A stretch of 64,000 nucleotides of DNA from an uncultured bacterium (GTDB lineage Bacteria; Deinococcota; Deinococci; Deinococcales; Trueperaceae), in contig CAYNOS010000009.1 of assembly GCA_964398985.1 (NCBI GenBank), positions 43-64,042 on the forward strand. The letters run 5' to 3'. This document shows positions 56,091-63,811 of the stretch, one piece after another; positions within the stretch are counted from its first letter, which is position 1, and every line of letters starts with the position of its first letter. The notes beneath the pieces were generated by a model, which was not told the DNA's origin, did no database searches, and worked only from the letters and a program-made list of their open reading frames with translations. Made by a program: the position numbers and the translations under genes.

Positions 56091-56142
56091 GTACCCTGGC
56101 TTTCCCGGCTACCTACCCCGGTCCCCTCTCTTCCCCACTTCC
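56091..56142 (+). repeat. Two further iteron copies, same orientation
   Basis: gtaccctggctttcccggctac (56091-56112) and gtcccctctcttccccacttcc (56121-56142). The second closely matches the unit at 55940-55961. Confidence 0.7.
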
Positions 56143-56308
56143 TCCTCCAGGAGCGCGCATCCAAGTGCTGAACGCACCTTGGGTCTACGGCGCGCTGATC
56201 AGCGACAGGCCGTTCAGGCCGCAGGATCGCCACCACGCAGGGCACCTGCTCAAGTGGGAAATCACTGGGACGGTCGCTGGACCACACCACACGCTCGCCC
56301 TGTGGCCT

Positions 56309-56366
56309 CGCAATAACGTTATGGCTCGGAGCCGGGTCTCCGTCGGCGCCGCAATAACGCTATGGC
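56309..56366 (+). repeat. Two copies of a 17-bp element containing a 16-bp near-palindrome GCAATAACG(T/C)TATGGC; candidate parS or par operator
   Basis: 56309-56325 and 56350-56366 match at 16 of 17 positions and sit 41 bp apart, about 125-180 bp upstream of parA. Confidence 0.5.
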
Positions 56367-56489
56367 ACGAAGTCGACGCAGCCTGAGCGGACGCGAATGC
56401 TCGCTGCATCCGGGCTACAATCGCCGCATGACGGTGCTTGGCCGGCGTCCGGCCTGTTGCGAACGTGCCGGAGCAGGGCGGCGGCAACC

Positions 56490-57278
56490 ATGCAGGTGCT
56501 GACGTTCTTCAACCACGCCGGCGGTGTTGCGAAAACCAGCTCCGTAAGGGATCTCGGGTATGTGTTCGCCGAGGGCGGCAAGCGCGTTCTCCTGATCGAT
56601 CTCGATCCGCAGGCCAACCTGACCCGTTGGCTCGGAATCTCAGGAGCCGTGGGCCTCGAACAGACGGTCTACCCAGCGGTGATGAGTGAAGCGACAGAAC
56701 TGGAGGCCGCCTCCCTGCCATTGCCCGTGCGAACTCATGGCATGGACCTCGTTCCTGCAACGCTGAAGTTGGCGGCGCTCGAGCGCGAACTGGTCGGCCA
56801 GTTCATGGGGGTCGTGCGATTGCGCGAGGCGCTGCGGCGCCTTGAGTCGTACGACCTAGTGCTCATCGATCCGCCCCCGAGCCTGGGTCAGCTGTCCGCG
56901 TTGGCGGTGGTGGCGGCCGATCGCGTAGTGGTGCCGCTACCGACGAACAGGAAGGGCATAGACGGCCTGGCAGCCGTTCTCGGCATGGTGAAGGAGTATC
57001 GGAGGGCCGCCCCCGGTCTCGACGTGGCACTCTTCATCCTGACGCAGCACGACCGGCGGACACGCCATGACCGCGAGAGCCTGGCGGCGATTCGCAGGCA
57101 GTTGTCGGCGGTGGCGCCGGTGTCCACGCCGTTGCACAGCCGGCCGGCTTACTACTCCGACGCCCAGATCGCCGGTGCTCCGGTGCCGGTGTTCGCACCG
57201 GGAAGCGAGGCGGACTTGGAGATACGGCAAGTGGCACGCGAGTTGAGCGCTGCGATGGAGGGAACCACACGTGGCTAG
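56490..57278 (+). CDS. parA: ParA-family partition ATPase (deviant Walker A lacking the signature lysine)
   Basis: MQVLTFFNHAGGVAKTSS ... LLIDLDPQANLT ... VLIDPPPSLG. I prefer the ATG at 56490 over the track start at 56397. Confidence 0.85.
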   Translation: MQVLTFFNHAGGVAKTSSVRDLGYVFAEGGKRVLLIDLDPQANLTRWLGISGAVGLEQTVYPAVMSEATELEAASLPLPVRTHGMDLVPATLKLAALERELVGQFMGVVRLREALRRLESYDLVLIDPPPSLGQLSALAVVAADRVVVPLPTNRKGIDGLAAVLGMVKEYRRAAPGLDVALFILTQHDRRTRHDRESLAAIRRQLSAVAPVSTPLHSRPAYYSDAQIAGAPVPVFAPGSEADLEIRQVARELSAAMEGTTRG

Positions 57279-58227
57279 GCGAAAGAGCGACATCGATCGA
57301 GCGGCAGTCTTCGAAGCGATCCTCGGAGATCTCGGCGAAGTGAGCGCGGGGGGTCTTAGCGGCCCAGCGACCATTCCGTTGCAGGCGATTAGCTTCAACC
57401 CGCGTCAGCCGCGCAAGCATGTGGGCGAGGATGGGCTGGAGGAGCTGGCGGCATCGATTCGCGAGCGCGGGGTTCTTGAGCCTGTGATAGTGCGTCCGGC
57501 GGCAAGCGGCTATGAGTTGGTGGCTGGCGAGAGGCGGACCCGCGCTGCGGCTCTGGCAGGGCTCACCGAAGTCCCCGCGATCGTCATCGAGGTCGACGAT
57601 CGCGGCGCGCTCGAGATCGCGATGATCGAGAACCTGCAGCGGGAGGATCTCAATGCGGTGGAGGAGACCGAAGCCCTGCTCGGTCTGTTAGAGATTTCAC
57701 TGGATCGCAGCAGAGACGAAGTCGTGGCTCTGCTGCAGGCTCTCTACGGCGAGGAGCGAGGTCGGCCCGTATCTGGCAGGTTCAGCGAGCAGGAGCGGAG
57801 CGAGACTCACGCGCTGTTCTCGCGGCTGGGGCGCTTCAGCCTCAGCTCCTTCGTGAGCAATAGGCTGCCGATCCTCGAGTTCCCTGCGCCGCTGCTCGAG
57901 GCCGTGCGGGGAGGGAAGCTGGCGTTCACGAAGGCCCAGGCGATCGCGCGGGTCGAGGATGGAGGCGACCGCCAGAGGCTACTGCGCGCGGCCATCAGCG
58001 ACGATCTGTCCCTCAGTCAGATCAGGCGACGGATCACGGAGCTGAGGCGTGGCGGGAGCGGCGAGAGCCCTGGCCACGCTGTGCCGGCCTCAGTTGCGAC
58101 CCAGACGTTGGCATCGAACACCAAGAGGCTGTTGAACCGCCGGAAGCTGGCGGGACTGTCGGTGGAGCGCCTGGACAGGGTCAATGAGCTGCTGCGCGAG
58201 TTGCGAGAGGTCCTGCAAGGCGACTGA
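57271..58227 (+). CDS. parB: ParB/Spo0J-family partition protein
   Basis: PRQPRK..., GVLEPVIVRP, the arginine patch VAGERRTRAA, and an HTH region. It overlaps parA by 8 nt. Confidence 0.88.
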   Translation: MARRKSDIDRAAVFEAILGDLGEVSAGGLSGPATIPLQAISFNPRQPRKHVGEDGLEELAASIRERGVLEPVIVRPAASGYELVAGERRTRAAALAGLTEVPAIVIEVDDRGALEIAMIENLQREDLNAVEETEALLGLLEISLDRSRDEVVALLQALYGEERGRPVSGRFSEQERSETHALFSRLGRFSLSSFVSNRLPILEFPAPLLEAVRGGKLAFTKAQAIARVEDGGDRQRLLRAAISDDLSLSQIRRRITELRRGGSGESPGHAVPASVATQTLASNTKRLLNRRKLAGLSVERLDRVNELLRELREVLQGD

Positions 58228-58309
58228 CCTCACAAGAGTGGGTCTAGGAGTCATGTGCATGCCGCCGCGGAATCGGCCATCGGGCTAGGCTGGTACGCCG
58301 GAGGTCGCG

Positions 58310-58786
58310 ATGTTGGAGGTAGGAGATTACGCTCCTGAGTTCGAGTTGCCGGACCAGGACGGGAGAGTGTGGACGCTCAGGGGGGAACGCGGAAGTTGGG
58401 TCGTCGTCTACTTCTACCCGAAGGACGACACGCCAGGTTGCACCGCCGAAGCGTGTGCGTTCCGCGATGCGCTGCCTGTGTTTGAGGAACTCGACGCCAG
58501 AATCTTCGGGGTCTCGAGCGATGACCAAGACAGCCACGCTGCGTTCAGCAGCAAGTTCGATCTGAACTTCCCGCTGCTGGCCGATCCGGATCGCCAAGCA
58601 CTCGAGGCATATGGTGTCTACGGCGAGAAGGAGCTTGCCGGAACCAAGTACATGGGCACGCACCGCAACACGTTCCTCGTCGGGCCGGATGGTCGCATTG
58701 CGCACATCTGGCGCAAGGTCGATCCGGCCGTCCACGGCGACGAGGTGAAGGCCGCGTTGGAAGCGCTGCGGGGTGGATTTGCCTAG
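58310..58786 (+). CDS. bcp: Thioredoxin-dependent peroxiredoxin (Bcp-type)
   Basis: VVVYFYPKDDTPGCTAEAC ... GVSSDDQDSHAAF. Confidence 0.88.
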   Translation: MLEVGDYAPEFELPDQDGRVWTLRGERGSWVVVYFYPKDDTPGCTAEACAFRDALPVFEELDARIFGVSSDDQDSHAAFSSKFDLNFPLLADPDRQALEAYGVYGEKELAGTKYMGTHRNTFLVGPDGRIAHIWRKVDPAVHGDEVKAALEALRGGFA

Positions 58787-58875
58787 GCGCCGGCGTGCGC
58801 CGTGGCGTGCGGGGTGCTGGCGCGCGATGCGGTCGAGGCTGTGTCTGCCTGTCGCGCAAGCTCCTGATCGCTAGT

Positions 58876-59044
58876 GGGAAATGAACGGTACCCCATGGGC
58901 GCCAGGACACGGGTTCCCGCCCACCTGGTGGAAGTGGGGATTCCTGGGAACTATGTCCGGCGATGTTGGCGCGCCCGGCCGTCAGCGTGGTTGATGAAGC
59001 GGGAAAGCAGGGGTACTCAACCACAAGTGGGGAACTAGGGGGAC
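58876..59044 (-). repeat. Distal cluster of iteron-like copies, mostly inverted relative to the origin array
   Basis: The reverse complement of 59029-59044 is GTCCCCCTAGTTCCCC (compare 55853-55868 gtccccctgcgttccc). The reverse complement of 59001-59016 is GTACCCCTGCTTTCCC (compare 56091-56106). Further copies lie at 58936-58951, 58911-58920 and 58876-58894. Confidence 0.6.
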
Positions 59045-59092
59045 GTAGTCCGGCGTGCTGGTGGGAGGGCCAAGGTACTTGGCGGGCTCTGG

Positions 59093-62000
59093 TCACCCGC
59101 CGTAGTGATAGCCGCGCACCGTGATCGGCATGGGTAGAGCCGCCAAGGTAGTGGCTTTCAGCGCCGGCTGATGCCCTGTGTCTTCGACGGTTGCGTCGAC
59201 GACTAAGAACGACGCATCCCTGAGCAGGCTGCGGTGGCTGGCCCACAGGTCGGGGGAGATGATGAGCTGCGCTCGGTGGGGGCCGTCTTCGATGACGAAG
59301 AAGGCGAAACCTTTGGCGGTAGGCGGCTTCTGGCGCGCCACCACCATGCCTGCAGTGCGAAGCAGAGTCTTGCGGGCGCTGCGGCGGGCGCGCCAAAGAG
59401 GCACGCACCCGAGCTCGCGGAGCTGATCTCTCACCAAGTCGGCTGGGTGCACCTCGAGTGTGCTGAGGCGCGTCGTTTCGAAGTCCCATACGAAGCGGTC
59501 CGCCACCGGTAGGGGAGCCAGCGAGGGCGTTTCGGGGACGCCTACCAGAAGAGTGGCCGCGCCGGCGACGTGGGCATTGCAGAGCACACCGACCCGGTAG
59601 AGCGCCTCGCGTCGAGGTTGCACGTCGTCGAAGGCGCCAGCACGCACCACGGCCTCGAGTGCCTCGCGGGGCACAGCGAGACGTTGGTAGAGGTCGTCGA
59701 CGTCTCGGTACGGTCCGTGGCGTAGCCGTTCGGTGAGGATCTCGGTGGACACGCTATGCGACACGTCCTTGATCTGGCTCAATGGAGGCCGGATCGCTTT
59801 TACCCGCCCGGTCGTCTCCGAGATGGCGAGTTCACAGCGGTAGTGCGCGCCGCTACGGTTGATGTCGAATGGGAGGAAGGGAACGCCCCACGAGCGCGCC
59901 TCATGGCGCTTGGTGAGTTGCGGCCACATGCCTGGCTCCTCGGACAGGATGGCGGCCATGTACTCGGCCGGGTAGTGAACCCGCAACCAACCAGAGGCGT
60001 AGGCGTGCTGCGCGAAGGCCCATGCGTGCGACTCGGCGAAGCCGAAGCCTTGGTAGTTCTTCACGGCATCGAAGACGGCCGTGGCCTCTTCGCGACTGGC
60101 GCCGACATGGCGCATGCCTCCCGCGATGAAGGCGTCGCGGTATGGCTCGATGTCGGAGACGGAATCTCCCCAGTCGGAGACCATCTTGCGGAAGCGGGAC
60201 GCCTCGGTCCAGGTCATGCCGGCGAAGTGCACGGCGATGCGCAGCACATCATCCTGGAAGAGCAGGACGCCGTAGGTCTTGGACAGCAGCTTCTCCAGGC
60301 TGGGGTGCCAGTAGCTGATGGGTTCCTTGCCCTGACGCCGTCGGAGGTAAGGGTGCACGGTGCCGGACTGGATCGGGCCGGGACGGATCAGCGCCACTTG
60401 ATGGGCGAGGTCTCTGAGGTTTCGAGGCCGCATGGCGCGGCTCGTTTGCATCTGGCTGGGGCTTTCGACCTGGAACAGCCCCAGGGTCGCGCCCTCTGCG
60501 ATCAGGTCCCAGACGCGCTCGTCATCTGGCAGCGTGAAGAGGTCCAGCCAGGTGCCTTCGATACGAAACACTTCCTCGCGCGCGCGTTCGAGAGCGGCCA
60601 GCATGCGCAGGCCGAGTAGGTCGAGCTTGACCAGCCCCATGGCCTCGGCGTCGTCCTTGTCGAGTTGGAGCAGACGGATGCCACCGGTCGAACGCTCCAG
60701 CGGCGAGTAGTCGGTGAGCTCGCCGCGTACCATCACCACGCCGCCGGAGTGCGGAGCCAGGTGCCGCGCGTGCTTGCTCTCCATGCCGGTCAACAGATCG
60801 AGCAGGACGGTGAGCGCAGGCGCATCGCCGCACACCTCGCGCAGCGCTGCGGTCGCCAGATGTGCCTGAGGTGGACGGCGGCCGCGGAAATCGCGCCCTA
60901 ACGCCCGGCTCAGCCGGTCTCTGAGCTCCTTGGGTAGGCCCAGTGCCCGACCCATGTCTTGCAGTGCCAGAGGGAGGCGGTAGGTGATCTTGTTGCAGAC
61001 CATCGCCTCGGTGGTGGCGCCGAAGTGCTCCTCGACCCAAGCCAGGAGGTCGTCGCGGCGGGCCGACGAGACGTCGATGTCGATGTCGGGCATCGCTTTC
61101 ATGCCGGTGTGCAAGAAGCGCTCGAAGAGCAGGCCGTTGGCGATGGGGTCGGCCTTGGTGACGCCGAGCAGGTAGCAGACCACGCTGGCCGCTGCCGATC
61201 CGCGGCCCGTGGCGAGGATGCCACTGCGCCGGCAGTGGTCGGTGACCTCGGCCGCTACCAGGAAGAAGTCGGCGAGATCGTAATCACGGATGACAGCGAG
61301 CTCCTCGCGGAGGCGTGCTTCTGCCTCGGTGCGCAGGCCAAGGTCCGGATAACAAGTGGCGAGGGCGGTGTGGCAACGACCTTCCAGATGCTGTTGTGGG
61401 GTCAGCCCTGACGGCACGCGTGCGCGAGGGGGTGTGACGCGCTCCGGCAGCAGTTCGAAGCTGGCTTGTTCCGCCACCCAGGCGGCGTTGAGCCTGGCTT
61501 CGGGGAAGGGGAGACGGTCGGCAACGTCGACCGGCGCCGGCAGATGCTGACAGGCGTTCTGGGGTCGGCGCGGATGCGGCTGTTGCACGCTGATGCCCAG
61601 CCGCGCACAGACCAGCGCGTCGTAGAGCCGGTAGTCCGAGGCCTGCGCGTATCTAACCTCGGGGGCGGCGACTACCGGCAACGACTGGCTCTGCGCTAGT
61701 TGCCTGATGACCCGCGCTCGCCGTGAGTCCCAACGGTAACGATCGTGGAAGAGCTGCAAGTAGAAGCGCTCGCCGAACGCCTCCTTGAGCCGGGCGAGCA
61801 GACGCTCCAGCTCGGTAATGCGCCGCTCGGCCAAGAGCTTCGCCACCACTCCCTCGCGCGGGCCACTCAAAAGGATGACGTCCTCGGCGTGCTCGAGGAG
61901 CGTCTCGAGGTCGACATCACGCTCGTCGCGCGCATGCAGGCGCGTCAGGAGCCTACAGATGGTGGCGTAGCCGCTGCGTGATGCTGCCAGTAGGACGAAC

Positions 62001-62248
62001 GGATAGCTCGCCCCGTTGCTGATGACCGGCACCGTCGCGCCGATGAGGGCCTTGATGCCGTTCTCGCGCGCCGCTTGGAAGAGCTCGACGCCGCCGGTGA
62101 TGTTGGCATCGTCGGTAAGGGCGATGTGGTTGTAGCCGAGTTCCGCAGCGCGCTTCACCAGCGTGGTGGGGCTCGCGGTCCCCGCGCCGAAACTGAAGTA
62201 GGAGTGGACGTTCAGCAGCGCTGTCAGTCGCTCATCTTGGCTAGCCAC
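59093..62248 (-). CDS. dnaE2: Error-prone DNA polymerase (DnaE2-type Pol III alpha paralogue)
   Basis: PHP N-terminus LNVHSYFSFGAGTASP, about 1050 aa, immediately downstream of imuB. I prefer the GTG at 62248, which has AGGGGA 6 nt upstream, over the track start at 62356. Confidence 0.88.
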   Translation of the reverse strand: MASQDERLTALLNVHSYFSFGAGTASPTTLVKRAAELGYNHIALTDDANITGGVELFQAARENGIKALIGATVPVISNGASYPFVLLAASRSGYATICRLLTRLHARDERDVDLETLLEHAEDVILLSGPREGVVAKLLAERRITELERLLARLKEAFGERFYLQLFHDRYRWDSRRARVIRQLAQSQSLPVVAAPEVRYAQASDYRLYDALVCARLGISVQQPHPRRPQNACQHLPAPVDVADRLPFPEARLNAAWVAEQASFELLPERVTPPRARVPSGLTPQQHLEGRCHTALATCYPDLGLRTEAEARLREELAVIRDYDLADFFLVAAEVTDHCRRSGILATGRGSAAASVVCYLLGVTKADPIANGLLFERFLHTGMKAMPDIDIDVSSARRDDLLAWVEEHFGATTEAMVCNKITYRLPLALQDMGRALGLPKELRDRLSRALGRDFRGRRPPQAHLATAALREVCGDAPALTVLLDLLTGMESKHARHLAPHSGGVVMVRGELTDYSPLERSTGGIRLLQLDKDDAEAMGLVKLDLLGLRMLAALERAREEVFRIEGTWLDLFTLPDDERVWDLIAEGATLGLFQVESPSQMQTSRAMRPRNLRDLAHQVALIRPGPIQSGTVHPYLRRRQGKEPISYWHPSLEKLLSKTYGVLLFQDDVLRIAVHFAGMTWTEASRFRKMVSDWGDSVSDIEPYRDAFIAGGMRHVGASREEATAVFDAVKNYQGFGFAESHAWAFAQHAYASGWLRVHYPAEYMAAILSEEPGMWPQLTKRHEARSWGVPFLPFDINRSGAHYRCELAISETTGRVKAIRPPLSQIKDVSHSVSTEILTERLRHGPYRDVDDLYQRLAVPREALEAVVRAGAFDDVQPRREALYRVGVLCNAHVAGAATLLVGVPETPSLAPLPVADRFVWDFETTRLSTLEVHPADLVRDQLRELGCVPLWRARRSARKTLLRTAGMVVARQKPPTAKGFAFFVIEDGPHRAQLIISPDLWASHRSLLRDASFLVVDATVEDTGHQPALKATTLAALPMPITVRGYHYGG

Positions 62249-62373
62249 CAAGCATCCCCTTCCCGGAACAGCTCCGCCCTGACGCCACCTTCGATCTCGA
62301 CAAGGTAGTAGTCCCGATTGATCTCGCCATCCCACCAATGCCCGTCGTAGCGCCACTGGTCCACGATCCGCAC
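62224..62373 (-). CDS. Small Trp-rich ORF between imuB and dnaE2 (function unknown)
   Basis: (V)RIVDQWRYDGHWWDGEINRDYYLVEIEGGVRAELFREGDAWWLAKMSD. Third-position GC is about 78 percent by hand count. The frame stays open up to 62508, overlapping the imuB tail, and the ORF overlaps the dnaE2 start by 25 nt. Confidence 0.5.
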   Translation of the reverse strand: MRIVDQWRYDGHWWDGEINRDYYLVEIEGGVRAELFREGDAWWLAKMSD

Positions 62374-62377
62374 GACG

Positions 62378-63811
62378 CTACGTGGAAGGAGCTGCGAGCG
62401 GCGACGTTGGCGTCGAGACTGGCCCTGAGCCAGGGGATCCCAACTCACGGTGGCGGGTGTCTGTTGCGGTGTCAATGTCACCGCCGCGGGGGTCAGTAGT
62501 TGTCGCATGAGGCCTCGTTACGGGAAGCTGGGTGGTGTCGGCGTCAGGCGTGGGCGGTTCGAACAGCGGGACCGCGGTGACGGCAGCCCGAAGCGAGCTC
62601 GGGACGGCGGCCCGGGACGCTCGCGTGCCGGGCCGCGGCGGCCGCCGGATCGCGATGGCGGGGTGCGTTGCTCCGGGTTCGAGCGAGTCGCTGTAAGCTT
62701 GCCAGCTCCACGCGAGGTCGTCGGCTTGGGTGTGGGGATCGCGCCATTCCAAGCGCCTGGGAGCGTGAGGGAAGCGCTCGAAGGTCGCTTCCAGTGCTCT
62801 TTGCCTGCGCTCCCGTTGCGGCCACAGGCCGTCTTGTTGGGCTGCGCGCTGTGGGTCAGAGAGTTCGATCGTCAGCCTCTCGATGTGCTGACCGGCGACG
62901 CCGCTGTCACGTAGCGCGAACAGAGCCTGCTGACGGATGTGCCGCGCTTGAGCCAAGGGCCGTTTGCTGAGCCGGCTGGCGCGAAGCTGGCCGACACCTA
63001 GCGCGGTGGTGAGCGTCAGGCGGTGCGAAGCGCGACCGTCGAGTGCGCGCTCCAGCTCCGACGAGAGCTTGTCCAGCGCAGGGATCAGTTGCCGTGGCTC
63101 CCGAACAGGTCGAGAGAAGGCCAGCGAACGCGCGAGGGTCTCGGGCAGGCTGAACGGTCTGAGGACGTCCCGCCTGGGGCCATGCAAGTAAGCGATGAGC
63201 GCCGACCCCTCTTCGCCCAGGTAGGAACTCAACTGCGGCTTGGTCCAGGCAGCAAGGTCAGCCGCAGTGTTGATGCCCAACCACTCGAGGCGCGTGAGGT
63301 TGCGAGCGCTCAACGCTACGCCTTTGAGGAAGCGTAAAGGTAGGCGGGCAAGGAAGGCGGTTTCGGCGGCTGTGGTGGGTGCTATCTTCCTGCAGGCGCC
63401 AGGGCTGGTAGCCAATGCGGCGAGCTCGGCCAGCTCACAGTTGCGAGCCACGCCGACGCTGACATCGAAACGGTGAGCTAGTTGAACGGCTTCGGTGGCC
63501 GCGACCTCGACGAACGCCAGTCCGCGGCGGGCGCCCTCCACCCAGGGGGTAATGGCGTGGAGTTCCCCCAGCAACTCCCGCCAACCGTGTTCAAGGTCGG
63601 GTTCGGGGATGGACACGACCCGCAGCCCCTCGACCCGCAAGCGCGCACCGTCCAGCAGCATGCCGGCGCTGATGCCATGGCGGCGGGCCAGGGCGTTGGC
63701 GTGCAGCACACGCCCGTCTTCGACGTGTACCAGCGGCGTGCGCGACAAGACCGGGTCGGCGCGCCGCGCTAGGTAGAGCGGCAGGGGAGTGAAGCAGAGC
63801 GCGGCGATCAT
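62378..63811 (-). CDS. imuB: ImuB/ImuY-like Y-family polymerase homologue (mutagenesis cassette)
   Basis: N-terminus MIAALCFTPLPLYLA is typical of ImuB. Y-family little-finger-like middle region, low-complexity C-terminal tail, and a position upstream of dnaE2. Confidence 0.8.
   Translation of the reverse strand: MIAALCFTPLPLYLARRADPVLSRTPLVHVEDGRVLHANALARRHGISAGMLLDGARLRVEGLRVVSIPEPDLEHGWRELLGELHAITPWVEGARRGLAFVEVAATEAVQLAHRFDVSVGVARNCELAELAALATSPGACRKIAPTTAAETAFLARLPLRFLKGVALSARNLTRLEWLGINTAADLAAWTKPQLSSYLGEEGSALIAYLHGPRRDVLRPFSLPETLARSLAFSRPVREPRQLIPALDKLSSELERALDGRASHRLTLTTALGVGQLRASRLSKRPLAQARHIRQQALFALRDSGVAGQHIERLTIELSDPQRAAQQDGLWPQRERRQRALEATFERFPHAPRRLEWRDPHTQADDLAWSWQAYSDSLEPGATHPAIAIRRPPRPGTRASRAAVPSSLRAAVTAVPLFEPPTPDADTTQLPVTRPHATTTDPRGGDIDTATDTRHRELGSPGSGPVSTPTSPLAAPST

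Noticed and set aside
55742-56489. A chromosomal oriC with DnaA boxes.
   Set aside because: I could not find TTATCCACA or TGTGGATAA, or close variants, clustered here or elsewhere in the window, and no dnaA or dnaN is present. The repeats are of a different kind and sit beside a Rep-type gene.
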